From IMG/VR virus record IMGVR_UViG_3300036766_001719: a stretch of 64,000 nt of DNA. One strand, written 5' to 3'. The position numbers were made by a program, and so were the translations under genes. The stretch is from an uncultured virus (IMG/VR IMGVR_UViG_3300036766_001719) (lineage: Duplodnaviria; Heunggongvirae; Uroviricota; Caudoviricetes). Shown one piece after another: positions 30,795 through 41,335 of the stretch. Under the pieces are notes generated by a model, which did not search any database, was not told the DNA's origin, and saw only the letters and a list, made by a program, of their open reading frames with translations. How positions within the stretch are numbered: position 1 is the stretch's first letter; the number at the start of each line of letters is the position of its first letter.

Positions 30795-31625
30795 TTAAGC
30801 TGCCTTGAGCGACTTATAAATTTCTACCAAATTCCTTTCGTCAACCACAGGAATAGGCTTCTTAACCAATACTTCATGTTTAATCGCCAAATTCCTGAAA
30901 TGCTGCTCATTGTTGAGTATGAGCAAATAACGCATGATGATACTATCTGTAGGCGGAAAATTGCCTGATAGCACTACACAAAGCCTCTCTACCATTATAC
31001 TACCCTGATAGACATTGGTAATGCCATTCGCAGGGAAAATTTGGTAAGCCTTGCCGCTTTTGCCTTTAACTGAAACGAATCCCTTCTTCAAGAAATTTCT
31101 GAATTTATCTTCTCCAATGACCCGACGCAAAGTTTCCCTGGCCCTAATTTCCCTGATATCTTGAGTATTTGGCATGAACTTTCGATTTGTCAAAATTTTA
31201 GGCGCACAACGTTCGTCAATAATAGCTTTGAGCCTTTCCGAAATAGAAAGCAGTGGATTATAATAGCCGCCTATAGTAGCACGAATATACCCATCTGGGA
31301 AATATATAACATCGGTAGTGGTACAAGTCAGACTTAAAGGTAAATTAAATGTAAAGCAATCTGCACTATTACGATTAAATGTAACGCACTCTGCTTCAAA
31401 CTTCCAACTATTAGCACAAGTGTCATAAGTAACAGATGTTGCACTTGTCGATGGAAGATACCTCTTAATTGTCTGAGATATGCTTTGCCAGGTTGCGAAT
31501 TCAGATGTACAACTGTTAACAGGCTGTGCCATTACACCATATGCTGTACCAGGGTAAATCTCTAATCCTGTATCACAAGTATATGCACCAGCACCAGCAC
31601 TACCAGGCCAAGTTATGTTAGGCAT
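30795..31625 (-). CDS. hypothetical protein with C-terminal RLC...PxxD domain
   Basis: ORF with GGAG RBS; ERLCVVLSGNFPPTD. Confidence 0.7.
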   Translation of the reverse strand: MPNITWPGSAGAGAYTCDTGLEIYPGTAYGVMAQPVNSCTSEFATWQSISQTIKRYLPSTSATSVTYDTCANSWKFEAECVTFNRNSADCFTFNLPLSLTCTTTDVIYFPDGYIRATIGGYYNPLLSISERLKAIIDERCAPKILTNRKFMPNTQDIREIRARETLRRVIGEDKFRNFLKKGFVSVKGKSGKAYQIFPANGITNVYQGSIMVERLCVVLSGNFPPTDSIIMRYLLILNNEQHFRNLAIKHEVLVKKPIPVVDERNLVEIYKSLKAA

Positions 31626-31641
31626 TCTAACTCCAAATCTT

Positions 31642-31995
31642 TTAACCGCCTACAACTTGTTGAATTGGTAAAAAAATAACTTCTTCTGCCTTTGCATCAA
31701 ATTCATCCATTATTTCGGATGTAGCTTTGCCATCCGTACCAACCTTGTATGGAACCAAACCTTTCTTTATACAATCATCAAACATTTTCTTTGCATCTCT
31801 AATTTGGGCCATTTCTCTACGATCCCAAACAACACGAACATCCCCATCTTCAGGAGTTAATATCCTAAAAACATGAAAATGTTCTTCAACTTTTTCTCCA
31901 TCTTTTAATCTTTTCAAAGGAAAATCAATTCTTTCCCTCAAAGAAGAATTCTTAAGCGGAGTAATTTCCAGAGTTTGCATCTTATCCTTCTCCAA
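31642..31995 (-). CDS. candidate ubiquitin-like protein (C-terminal GG)
   Basis: Ends EEVIFLPIQQVVGG, similar to the MoaD/ThiS terminal strand. Confidence 0.5.
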   Translation of the reverse strand: MEKDKMQTLEITPLKNSSLRERIDFPLKRLKDGEKVEEHFHVFRILTPEDGDVRVVWDRREMAQIRDAKKMFDDCIKKGLVPYKVGTDGKATSEIMDEFDAKAEEVIFLPIQQVVGG

Positions 31996-32341
31996 AGTAA
32001 TCTTGCCAAAGTTGCTTTATGAAACTATCACTTCCTAAATCCCTTGACGATTCAATTACTACTGCATCCCTTTTCTCATGAGACTTAGCTTTTTGCATTT
32101 TTTTAGAAATCGGGTCTTTACTACAAGCAGATTTTGGAATTACAATGTCTTCTTTAGCATTACCATGTTCATGTCTCCCACGCTCAAGTATTACCCCATC
32201 CTCAATATATCTTTGATGTTTATGCTCACAATTAGGACATTGCACCATTATTGTTCGATTATAAGACATATTAAGTCTTACTCTCATATAATGTTCACAC
32301 TCTCCACAATAAAATTCTTGAAAAATTTTATCATCCATCAC
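31982..32341 (-). CDS. zinc-ribbon protein
   Basis: CGEC...CPNCEHKH. Confidence 0.65.
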   Translation of the reverse strand: MMDDKIFQEFYCGECEHYMRVRLNMSYNRTIMVQCPNCEHKHQRYIEDGVILERGRHEHGNAKEDIVIPKSACSKDPISKKMQKAKSHEKRDAVVIESSRDLGSDSFIKQLWQDYFGEG

Positions 32342-32685
32342 TTACCTCTCGTAAAACTGTTAAGTTTTTGGAAACCTGGAGAAAGCGTAACTGAATTTAA
32401 TATAAGGGAAAGATCAAAATTTGGATGTTGGATTTGTGTCTCTGCAACTAAAATTGTATTGTTTTCAGAATCAATCCATTCCCACCTTTGAGATTGACAA
32501 CTAAGTTTCTCCCAAGCTTTCCACCAATCAGCAACCGGAACGGCACATTTCAATTTTTTTTCATCATCATGAAAATGTACTTGTCCAGCACTTTCATGAA
32601 TTCTCAAAGTTCCAACCTTTGTTTCGGCCCCCGAAGATTTGGATTTAGACTTGGATTCAACAGTAACTTCACGCTCGCCACCCAT
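32338..32685 (-). CDS. hypothetical protein
   Basis: AAGGAG RBS; first gene of a 4-gene operon. Confidence 0.65.
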   Translation of the reverse strand: MGGEREVTVESKSKSKSSGAETKVGTLRIHESAGQVHFHDDEKKLKCAVPVADWWKAWEKLSCQSQRWEWIDSENNTILVAETQIQHPNFDLSLILNSVTLSPGFQKLNSFTRGK

Positions 32686-32721
32686 TTTAGCTCCTTCGCT
32701 GATTTCAGAATTGTACCCGCA

Positions 32722-33840
32722 TTATGAATTGATGTCAACTTGTGAAGCGGTTTCTAAATTGTTTTTGGCAACAATGCCAGCCAAACTAACCTCAGACAAA
32801 GCAAACAATTTTTGTTTGCGCCAACGAGGATGTTCTGAATTTTTAGTATGGACTGCACCATGCGACCTTAACCAAATTAACTGCATCTTAGACAAGCCAG
32901 AAATTCTCCCTGCTTCTGCAAGTGGTATCCATTCTTCTTCATCTTTTACAGGACGACTACCGATTAATTGCTTGACCGTTTGACGCCAGCCCGTAAATTT
33001 AGATTTAATCACGCCATTATGATGATCGGCTTGTCTTTGAACAGAACAATCTTCGCAAAATCTCTTTTTGGTTGTATTTAATATTTTGGGACAAGTTTCA
33101 CAAACTATTGGTCTTGTTCTGTACTCTTCAATTGCCTTTAAAGTTTCAGGCATATCAAAATAATAACGCTTAGAAGAACTCCCTCTTATAAAAGACGGCT
33201 TAATGACGCCTATAGCAACGTATCTTTTAACAGTCGGATAACTTAAATTAGTGGCTTCTGCAATCTCAACAAGAGTAGTACCAGTTTTTAGTTTATCTTT
33301 AAGTCTTAAAAGAATCTGCTCAACTCTTTGCTTAGTGACATCAAGTGCTTTGCCTATGTCTTTGTAAGTCTTACCTTCATTGAACATTTGAACTATTTTT
33401 TCGTCTCTCAATTTCCTTGTTCTGGATATTATAGGCATAATTTCAGAACTACTATATACAATAGTATTCACCTTACTGAGAGAAATATTCAAAACTTTGG
33501 CTATATCAGCAGCAATTATTCCTTTTTTTCTCATTTCACGGATTTTATTCAATAAGCGAACAGTCTGAGCCTCATCAAAATTACTTTTACGGCCACGTTT
33601 TAACGGCCTGGCGTTATGACTCTTGAACAAAAAGTAAATTTTTTGATAAGGTAAATTCAGTTGCCTAGAAATAGCGGAAAGGCTATATCTTTCATTGAAC
33701 AGCCTAGAAATATCACGATACAATTTTTCATCTAGCGTAAATTTAATTTCAGACAAAATTTCGATCACAGATGACCATGATTTTGCCTTCTGTAATACAA
33801 TGAGCTTTTTGAACAACGAATTGAGAGATTTGACAGCCAT
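32722..33840 (-). CDS. multi-HTH DNA-binding protein with zinc finger
   Basis: Several HTHs (GKTYKDIGKALDVTKQRVEQI), CETC...CEDC; TTGACA/TAGAAT promoter upstream. Confidence 0.7.
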   Translation of the reverse strand: MAVKSLNSLFKKLIVLQKAKSWSSVIEILSEIKFTLDEKLYRDISRLFNERYSLSAISRQLNLPYQKIYFLFKSHNARPLKRGRKSNFDEAQTVRLLNKIREMRKKGIIAADIAKVLNISLSKVNTIVYSSSEIMPIISRTRKLRDEKIVQMFNEGKTYKDIGKALDVTKQRVEQILLRLKDKLKTGTTLVEIAEATNLSYPTVKRYVAIGVIKPSFIRGSSSKRYYFDMPETLKAIEEYRTRPIVCETCPKILNTTKKRFCEDCSVQRQADHHNGVIKSKFTGWRQTVKQLIGSRPVKDEEEWIPLAEAGRISGLSKMQLIWLRSHGAVHTKNSEHPRWRKQKLFALSEVSLAGIVAKNNLETASQVDINS

Positions 33841-33879
33841 AGATGCATTCTACTGGCAGAATATCAAATGTCAATTGAA

Positions 33880-34182
33880 TTATTTGGTGTTTGTTAGTTC
33901 TGCATCTACTTTAACTTTGTTGTCCATCCCACACATTTTACATGCAACCACATAAAATCTTTGTTTTGTTGAAGGCTTGCATTTAAATTTAGTCATTGCA
34001 GAACAAAGCCAACAGCCAAATTTGTACAACCGATATTCTTTCTGAGGATCAGAACTAGGCGCAGCAACTTTTTCCTCTTTTTCCTCTGAAAATGACTTGT
34101 TTGATTCTTTTACATCCTTAGTTTGAAATAAATCATAAATACCATTAACCAAACTAGATACTGCATTTATTAAAGAATCCAT
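33880..34182 (-). CDS. zinc-ribbon hypothetical protein
   Basis: CWLC...CKMC. Confidence 0.55.
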   Translation of the reverse strand: MDSLINAVSSLVNGIYDLFQTKDVKESNKSFSEEKEEKVAAPSSDPQKEYRLYKFGCWLCSAMTKFKCKPSTKQRFYVVACKMCGMDNKVKVDAELTNTK

Positions 34183-34185
34183 ATC

Positions 34186-34437
34186 TTATTTATTCCTAGT
34201 CCTATTAAATCTTTTATCGAATGGTTTTTTATTGGGGATATATCCAAAAAATTTATACCGTGTGCCACATTTATCACAAAGAACAGTCATCTTCATTTCT
34301 CCATCCCACCCTTCTGACATAAATTGGGCATGAATAAGCCCCTTGCACTTGCATAACTTAGGATAGCCACGCACGCACTCTTCACATCTGTTATCGTCAG
34401 CCGTATGTTCTGAACCCCCAACCATGAATTTCATCAC
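34186..34437 (-). CDS. Cys-rich hypothetical protein
   Basis: CEEC, CKC, CDKC. Confidence 0.55.
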   Translation of the reverse strand: MMKFMVGGSEHTADDNRCEECVRGYPKLCKCKGLIHAQFMSEGWDGEMKMTVLCDKCGTRYKFFGYIPNKKPFDKRFNRTRNK

Positions 34438-34868
34438 TATCTCCTACTTCATTAGATTCTACAAAAAAAGTTTGGGTAGGAATTATTAAATCTGTCTCTA
34501 CAAGAGTTTCAACTCCCGTATGTCCCCAAATTATTTTACCCAATTCTGGATGCCTCCCCTTTATCCAACGCTTAACCCTAATAAAATTATTATTCCTATA
34601 GATAACTTGTTCATCTAATATTTCTAATCCATTAGAATCTGTCCTCATTAATATATCTAGGAATGCAATTTCTAGTTTTTTTATAACTATCATAAATGCT
34701 AATTTCCACCTAGATTTTAACAATATCTATATTAATGTCAAGATACAAACTATTAGAGTTTGTTAAATACAATAATCTGAAGTACATCTACAACAATTAC
34801 AAAAATAAAGGAACGAGCCGATTTGACCCGTTCCTTTACAATATTCACAATCCAAATTGTACGAGCTA

Positions 34869-35093
34869 TCACAAAGCTGACAAATCCATTCGCAACGGTC
34901 CATGTCCAATAAAGGCTTCATGTTGCATCTCTTCCAAACTTAAACCATTATAAAGCAATTCTTCACCATCCGACATTTTAACTTTATAAACATTAGCCAA
35001 TTGCTGTTCAATAATAATGCCCATTTCTCCCTGGCGTGTAATGCCTAAAACTTTCACCTTGTCACCCACCATCATAAAAGTTCTCCTTGGCAA
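34869..35093 (-). CDS. small SH3/KOW-like protein
   Basis: VGDKVKV...GEMGII...YKVKM. Confidence 0.5.
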   Translation of the reverse strand: MPRRTFMMVGDKVKVLGITRQGEMGIIIEQQLANVYKVKMSDGEELLYNGLSLEEMQHEAFIGHGPLRMDLSAL

Positions 35094-35109
35094 GTAGACA
35101 CTGACAAAC

Positions 35110-35355
35110 TTATTTATTCACAGATTGTTCTTTTTTAATTGCACAATCTGGACATGCATTTTTCTCCACTACAGTTTGCCAGCCCCACCCGCCAGAATCA
35201 CTTATCCAATCTAATTTAAGACGCCCTTTATCAATTATCCACTTTTTATGTACCTTCGGACGAGAAGGATGATTAAACCATACTCTAGTAGTAACAACTT
35301 TCTTACAAGGTGTCCTTGGAGGGACTTTCTTGCTGCAAAACTCACATACAAACAT
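35110..35355 (-). CDS. zinc-binding hypothetical protein
   Basis: CEFC...CPDC; AGGAG RBS. Confidence 0.6.
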   Translation of the reverse strand: MFVCEFCSKKVPPRTPCKKVVTTRVWFNHPSRPKVHKKWIIDKGRLKLDWISDSGGWGWQTVVEKNACPDCAIKKEQSVNK

Positions 35356-35370
35356 AACTTCTCCTAAAAT

Positions 35371-36258
35371 CTAAAATTTAGTTTCACTTGTAATCAAACG
35401 ATATGCTTCAATATATTTTTCCATAGTTTTAGCTACAACTTCTTCTGGTAAGCTAGGAGGCGGACTATTTTTATCCCATGAAGTAGAACCTAAATAATCC
35501 CTCACAAATTGCTTGTCATAAGAAGGTAAACTTTGATTTAACTCATAACCCTCAATAGGCCAAAACCTAGAACTATCAGGAGTTATAACTTCATCAATCA
35601 AAACAATATCATCACTAACATGCTTTAACTTTCCCCATTCAAACTTAGTATCCGCCAATATCAAGCCACGTTGCCAACAATGATCTGCCGCATCCATATA
35701 AAGAGCAACACTTTTACTTTCCAAATCCGAAGCTAACTCTAACCCAATTTGATTTGCCATAAACTCAAACGAAATATTCAAATCATGCCCTGTTTCTGCC
35801 TTCGTTGCAGGAGTAAATATCGGCGTTGGCAATGCTTGATTCTGCTTAAGACCTTTTGGCAACTTAATGCCACAAACTTCGCCAGTATTTTGATAATCCT
35901 GCCATGCGCTTCCAGCCAAATAACCCCTCACCACACACTCAAAAGGTATCACTTCCGCTTTCTCTACTAACATTACTCTCCCTTCCAACTCTGGAAGCCT
36001 AAATACCTCTGGTAAATGTGCTAAATTCGTAGAAATAAGGTGATAATACACGTCTAATATCTCAGACCAAAAAACAGATACTTCCGTTAGAATTTTACCC
36101 CGATCTGGAATTTCATTAGGCAAAATTTGATCGTAAGCACTTATCCTGTCAGTAGTTACAATCACCAATTCGTTTTTACGTCCAAGTGTATCTAAATCAT
36201 AGATATCACGGACTTTGCCACGTCTCACGGGAAGATCAGCTATTTTTATTTGTAACAT
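35371..36258 (-). CDS. purC: SAICAR synthetase
   Basis: GKVRDIY, TDRISAYD, ECVVRGYLAGS, ADTKFEWG, TPDSSRFW, DKQFVRD. Confidence 0.96.
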   Translation of the reverse strand: MLQIKIADLPVRRGKVRDIYDLDTLGRKNELVIVTTDRISAYDQILPNEIPDRGKILTEVSVFWSEILDVYYHLISTNLAHLPEVFRLPELEGRVMLVEKAEVIPFECVVRGYLAGSAWQDYQNTGEVCGIKLPKGLKQNQALPTPIFTPATKAETGHDLNISFEFMANQIGLELASDLESKSVALYMDAADHCWQRGLILADTKFEWGKLKHVSDDIVLIDEVITPDSSRFWPIEGYELNQSLPSYDKQFVRDYLGSTSWDKNSPPPSLPEEVVAKTMEKYIEAYRLITSETKF

Positions 36259-36289
36259 GCCTGATTATTAACAAAACTTACCAATTTTG

Positions 36290-38593
36290 TCAAGCTGCGG
36301 CCTGAACTCTTCTCATATTATTCAGATTAGCAGTAAATTGATTGCCATCAGCATCCACAATCGTAGCTCTTACATTATTTTGACTTCCTGTAGCAAATCT
36401 CAATATTTGTCCAACTCTATTACGATTCATGCCAGATGTCACAGTTACATTCTCTCCCACCTGGAAGTTACTTGGATTAGCAACCTGCAACACTGCCTGT
36501 AATTGCTGATGGCGATCTGCTTGCCTTTGCCTTCTTGCTGTAGAAACAGTAGCTCTCTCAGAAGCGTCTGCCCTAAGCCAATTTAAATAGAACCAGGTTT
36601 CATCTCCTCTAGTTCCCCTCATTTTAACCTTCGCCTGAACTGTAGTTGTTTCATATGGGTCTTCCCTTAAATCTACAATTTCACCAAAACGACCACGATT
36701 TCTATAACCCCCAACAACTTCAACATGATCGCCAACTTTAAAACCTACAGGATTTCTAGTTCTATCATTCGCTATAGCAGCAGTTGCTTCAGCACGACTC
36801 TGAATTTGCTGATGTTGACGAGCCTGTCCTTCAACTCTACTCCTTCTACGTTCTTCTCTCGAAGATAATTCACTTCTTCTTTGTTCAGCTTGATATCTTC
36901 TAGCTTTTTCTTCGGCTCTTTGCTTAACATCTGGGGTATCTTTCAATAAGTTAAGTACATTTAATTTCTCAGTAGTATCATCAGACATTAATTTAGCATA
37001 CAATGAACCATAATCAAGATCAAATTTTGTTACTTCCCCCTTATAATGTTCTTCCCCAGGATATCCTTCTGCCGAACGAGGCAAATTAGGGAAATAAACC
37101 ACTTTATCACCAATCCTAATACCTTCTGGGTTCTTACTTGGGTCTTGTACAGCTTGGTCAATAGCAGCTTGTCTCTCCCGTTGCCTTTGTTCTTCTCTCT
37201 GCCTACGTTCCTCTTCTGCTCGCCGTTCTGCCTCTGCTCTTTCTTGCCTCTTACGCTCTATATGCGCATGAGTTTCAGGAGTATCTTTAAATAATTTTCC
37301 TGGCGGTACAATTATTTCACCTTCATTTGAAATAGTAAAATAATTTCTAAATCTATTAACATATTGCTCATCGGCCTTTACTTTAGCATATAAAGTACTA
37401 TACTCTCTTTGCCAGCCTACAATTTCTCCACTAACACCATTAGGGCTACGCTCTCCCTCATATTCATTATCAGCATCAAAATAAATTACTTTATCGCCCT
37501 GAGCTAATTGCTGAGGATTATGATCTTGACTTGCTACTAATCGTACAATTTTCTCTTGTTCTATTCTTTGACGTTCCTCTTCCTCTCTTCTTTGACGTTC
37601 CTCTCTTTCACGAAAACGTCCTGCTCTTGCTGTAGTTCTTTCTTCTGTTTCCTTATCAAGCTCACGAACTCTATATCGAACTGTATTCCCCACTTCTTGA
37701 TATGATGATGAATCAGCTTGAGTTAATCTAATGTTAGCGTATAAAACTCCTGACATAAAAAATTCAATAATTTCACCTGCGCCATCTAATCCAGCACGAT
37801 GCGTATCTACTATATCACCAAGCTTAAGTCCTTGTGGGTTTTCAACAGGATTCTCTAGGTATCTTCTAAGTTCCTCTGCTCTCCTCTCCGCTGCTTCTCT
37901 ACGCTGACGTTCCCTTTCTTCTAACTCCCTTTGCCGTATAGTTTCTTCTGCTGCTTTTGCACGTTCTCTTAACCCCGTCAACAATCTAGCTTTTTCCCCA
38001 ACATGCATCTCACCTCTGGAAGCTTTATCGGCTAATTCTTGAGAAATTTCTGGATATCCCTTAGACACATATTCTGTATCATATTTGTCTTTTCTAACCC
38101 AATGTTGAGCATTTAATGGAATATATTTATCTGGAAATAAATTACGCAAAGCCCATTTTTCATAGATATGTTCTCTAGCACGTTCATTTTCAACACGACC
38201 AGTTACTTTATTTCTACCACTCTTGTTGACTGCACCCCAATGTAATTCATCAGGAGTTTTAGCTTTAATAAACTCACTTAAGCCCTTTAAAACCGACATG
38301 AACACATATTTTTGCACTCCTTTACCTGAATCTCTGGTAGAACCACTTCTGTAAAAACTAATATTTGCCTGCCCATCGTGGAAACCTATATGCAACTTAT
38401 AACAAGGATCAGATTGCGTGCCACATTCATCAGCTTCTACATTAAAAGCATAATCCCATTCTGTGCCATATCTGGGATTTTCACTTAAAGCTGGATTCCA
38501 TTTCCCATCTTTAGGTTGAAATGAGTCAACAGCATCAGCTTCAAATACTTCAACTATATTCTTTTTATTACGCCATTCACTATAACCTATCAT
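36290..38593 (-). CDS. 767-aa protein with five SH3/KOW-like repeats joined by charged helices
   Basis: Repeated NPxxxxxGDxV...G.I..F...LYA.V units separated by E/R/Q-rich linkers. Confidence 0.75.
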   Translation of the reverse strand: MIGYSEWRNKKNIVEVFEADAVDSFQPKDGKWNPALSENPRYGTEWDYAFNVEADECGTQSDPCYKLHIGFHDGQANISFYRSGSTRDSGKGVQKYVFMSVLKGLSEFIKAKTPDELHWGAVNKSGRNKVTGRVENERAREHIYEKWALRNLFPDKYIPLNAQHWVRKDKYDTEYVSKGYPEISQELADKASRGEMHVGEKARLLTGLRERAKAAEETIRQRELEERERQRREAAERRAEELRRYLENPVENPQGLKLGDIVDTHRAGLDGAGEIIEFFMSGVLYANIRLTQADSSSYQEVGNTVRYRVRELDKETEERTTARAGRFREREERQRREEEERQRIEQEKIVRLVASQDHNPQQLAQGDKVIYFDADNEYEGERSPNGVSGEIVGWQREYSTLYAKVKADEQYVNRFRNYFTISNEGEIIVPPGKLFKDTPETHAHIERKRQERAEAERRAEEERRQREEQRQRERQAAIDQAVQDPSKNPEGIRIGDKVVYFPNLPRSAEGYPGEEHYKGEVTKFDLDYGSLYAKLMSDDTTEKLNVLNLLKDTPDVKQRAEEKARRYQAEQRRSELSSREERRRSRVEGQARQHQQIQSRAEATAAIANDRTRNPVGFKVGDHVEVVGGYRNRGRFGEIVDLREDPYETTTVQAKVKMRGTRGDETWFYLNWLRADASERATVSTARRQRQADRHQQLQAVLQVANPSNFQVGENVTVTSGMNRNRVGQILRFATGSQNNVRATIVDADGNQFTANLNNMRRVQAAA

Positions 38594-38922
38594 AACTTTA
38601 TATACTTAAGCTAATTAAGGATTTTTTATCTTAATCTTGCGTCTTATTTGATCTAGAATGGAAGGAGGCCATATTCTTCTTTTTAATTTATTTTTCTCTT
38701 TTAAATCCCTTTCTTTCTTCCTTTCTAACCAAAAATTTTTCATGTAAATATATATTCATGATTTATCGGCAAATCGTTCTACGACGCTCATTATCAACGC
38801 AGCCGCATACCTAACGACCAAATCTATAATATTTAAGAAAAAATTATCCTCTGAAGTTTTCACAACTTTAACATCCAAATAATCCAAATAATCCCAATCA
38901 ACTCCAAAACTATCTATTTCTT

Positions 38923-39420
38923 TCATCTTAGTTTTACTCTTGTGGTTTCTTTGTGTCCTTGAAATGGATTGCCAAAAATTTTTCTTAATAGAACTGTCTG
39001 CTCGCTATATTCCTTTTTAACATTAATATTGTCGTCATTAGCAATAGCTCTAGCACAGTAAGTCACTGCATCTGCAACCGTGACAAAGCTAGTCAAATGA
39101 TAAACCGCAATCTCAGCTAAACCTTGCTGACAGTGAAGAATGTCACTTTTCCAATCAATGCCCTTCTCTTGAAGTACAGCCAAAGCATCACTTCTGACTT
39201 CGAGCAACTTTTTCTTCCAAACCCTAGTATCCTCATACCCAGCCATAAATTCAACAACTTTTTTACTTCTTTCATCAGATAAAAAATTCAAAAGATTGTA
39301 GCAACAAGATGTAGCAAAAAAAATCAATTTGAGCTTAGTATCTTGGGCTGGAAATCTTTGAAGAAGTGCAACCATCATCTCAAATGGACATTTTGATTCT
39401 TCCCAGGCAATTTTATTCAT
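38923..39420 (-). CDS. hypothetical protein of a planctomycete-expanded family
   Basis: KLKLIFFATSCC...LSDERS...LLRKIFGNPF. Confidence 0.55.
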   Translation of the reverse strand: MNKIAWEESKCPFEMMVALLQRFPAQDTKLKLIFFATSCCYNLLNFLSDERSKKVVEFMAGYEDTRVWKKKLLEVRSDALAVLQEKGIDWKSDILHCQQGLAEIAVYHLTSFVTVADAVTYCARAIANDDNINVKKEYSEQTVLLRKIFGNPFQGHKETTRVKLR

Positions 39421-39439
39421 TTTCCCCTAAATAAATTAA

Positions 39440-40057
39440 ATGCTAAACTTTAAAAAATGGCTAAATGAACTTGCTCAACCGCATCAAATAGATGACCGGC
39501 AAATTAATATTCTTTATAAACAAGCTCATATTGCCGTAGAAATAGCCAAATGGTACAAGCCAGATTTATTCAATAAAGTTTACACTATTGCCAATTTGAC
39601 ATCTGGAGCTTACGGTCTTTATACTACCAAAGAAAATATTAAAGATATACCCCAAAACGTAGCAACCCGTTTGCCAAATACCAATTTAATTCATTATGGT
39701 CAAGTTAATTCTCAAAATAAAGAATCTTTACAAAAATTACCTTTAGCTATCCTAAGAACCTATTTCCCAAGCTTGCCACAAAATTCAATACGAGTAAGAA
39801 ATACCGTACATGTGAATATTAGCAGAATTATGAGGGAATTCCCTGATGAACTTAATAGAGTTAGGGAAATAGCCTCAACTCTAGTTCATGAAGCTAGACA
39901 TGTGGAAGATGATGAAGAACATGGACATAGTGCTGCTTCTGAAGATCGAGCCTATGGAGAAGAAAGAGCTTTTGCCCAATGGTGGGGACAAAACCTACAA
40001 CAGATATTAAGAAAATATCCACAATTAAATAACCAACCTATTTTACCACAAATTTAA
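39440..40057 (+). CDS. putative zinc metallopeptidase
   Basis: STLVHEARH followed by SEDRAY. Confidence 0.65.
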   Translation: MLNFKKWLNELAQPHQIDDRQINILYKQAHIAVEIAKWYKPDLFNKVYTIANLTSGAYGLYTTKENIKDIPQNVATRLPNTNLIHYGQVNSQNKESLQKLPLAILRTYFPSLPQNSIRVRNTVHVNISRIMREFPDELNRVREIASTLVHEARHVEDDEEHGHSAASEDRAYGEERAFAQWWGQNLQQILRKYPQLNNQPILPQI

Positions 40058-40828
40058 TTACAAAGTTAAAATTTCATATCCCTTATCTGTAACCAACAAA
40101 GAATGTTCATATTGGGCAGATAAACTACCATCTAAGGTTCTAGCAGTCCATTTATCATCTTCGTCTATTATCGCATCCGCAATACCTAAATTAATCATAG
40201 GTTCTATTGTAAATGTCATGCCAGACAACATGATAGGACCACTATTTTTCTCAGCCACATGCACAATTTGCGGAGATTCATGGAACTCCAACCCCAAACC
40301 GTGCGCACAAAAACGTTCAACAATACTGCAACATTCCAAAAAAGCATAATTAGAAATCTCATAACCAATATTGCCAAAGTAATTTTTTGGCCAAACCTGC
40401 ATTATCCCAATCTCTAAACATCTCTTAGCTACCCTCAAAATAGTCTCAGCCTCCTCTGATATTTTTCCTATAGAAAACATCGTAGCTGTGTCTCCATAAT
40501 ACCCATCTAGTATTGTAGTTACGTCAATATTAAGTATATCCCCTTCTTTAAGAATACGTTCATTTGGGACGCCATGACAAATAACTTCATTTACAGAAAT
40601 ACAACATGATTTTGGATATCCAAGATAATTTAATGGTGCAGGAATTGCCTTGTTATCCCTAATAAACCCATCAATTAACTGATCTAAATAATTTGTAGTA
40701 ACACCTTCCTTGACATATTCTTGAATAAATTTAAGGGTTTCAGCAGCAAGCTTACAACTACGCCGAATACCATCAATCTGCTCAGCAGTTTTGATGATTA
40801 TTTTTTCTTCTTTCTTCATATCTTGCAA
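40058..40828 (-). CDS. map: methionine aminopeptidase type I
   Basis: SVNEVICHGVP, NIDVT...GDT, HGLG..FHE, TIEPMI, SAQYEHS. Confidence 0.96.
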   Translation of the reverse strand: MQDMKKEEKIIIKTAEQIDGIRRSCKLAAETLKFIQEYVKEGVTTNYLDQLIDGFIRDNKAIPAPLNYLGYPKSCCISVNEVICHGVPNERILKEGDILNIDVTTILDGYYGDTATMFSIGKISEEAETILRVAKRCLEIGIMQVWPKNYFGNIGYEISNYAFLECCSIVERFCAHGLGLEFHESPQIVHVAEKNSGPIMLSGMTFTIEPMINLGIADAIIDEDDKWTARTLDGSLSAQYEHSLLVTDKGYEILTL

Positions 40829-40870
40829 AATTACTTTCTATGAGTTAATTATATACTTAGAGAGGGTTTT

Positions 40871-41335
40871 ATGAAAGAAGCCGAACAGATTCTTCAGATT
40901 TCCAGACTTTTTTTGTCAGAAGAAAACGTTACAGCATTTTTCATAAAATTGGATGAAGAAGTTGGTAACACTACCACAATACCCGATCTAAAACAATGCC
41001 TATCTTACATCCGAAATTCTGTCGATCCTCCTAGAATTCCTCCTCCTTGGTGGCTCTGGATCGCTTTTATAACACTTGTTACAATACATATCATTCTAGT
41101 AATAGCCTTCTTCATTGCCTTCTTCTTATTACCTTTTTACACTTCTTGGATAATAGCCGTACCTTTAATGACATTCATTTTCTTTTTTTCTACCACTAGA
41201 GTTGATTGTCAATTAACTAATTTAGAGAACTATATAAGAAAAAGACTAGGATTAAAGAAAATCGGAGGATTTGTAGGAACTTATATATTAAAACCACTAA
41301 AAAATCTATATAAAAGAAAAAAGAGTAATTTATGA
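40871..41335 (+). CDS. two-TM membrane protein
   Basis: Hydrophobic helices; CQLTNLENYIR. Confidence 0.65.
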   Translation: MKEAEQILQISRLFLSEENVTAFFIKLDEEVGNTTTIPDLKQCLSYIRNSVDPPRIPPPWWLWIAFITLVTIHIILVIAFFIAFFLLPFYTSWIIAVPLMTFIFFFSTTRVDCQLTNLENYIRKRLGLKKIGGFVGTYILKPLKNLYKRKKSNL

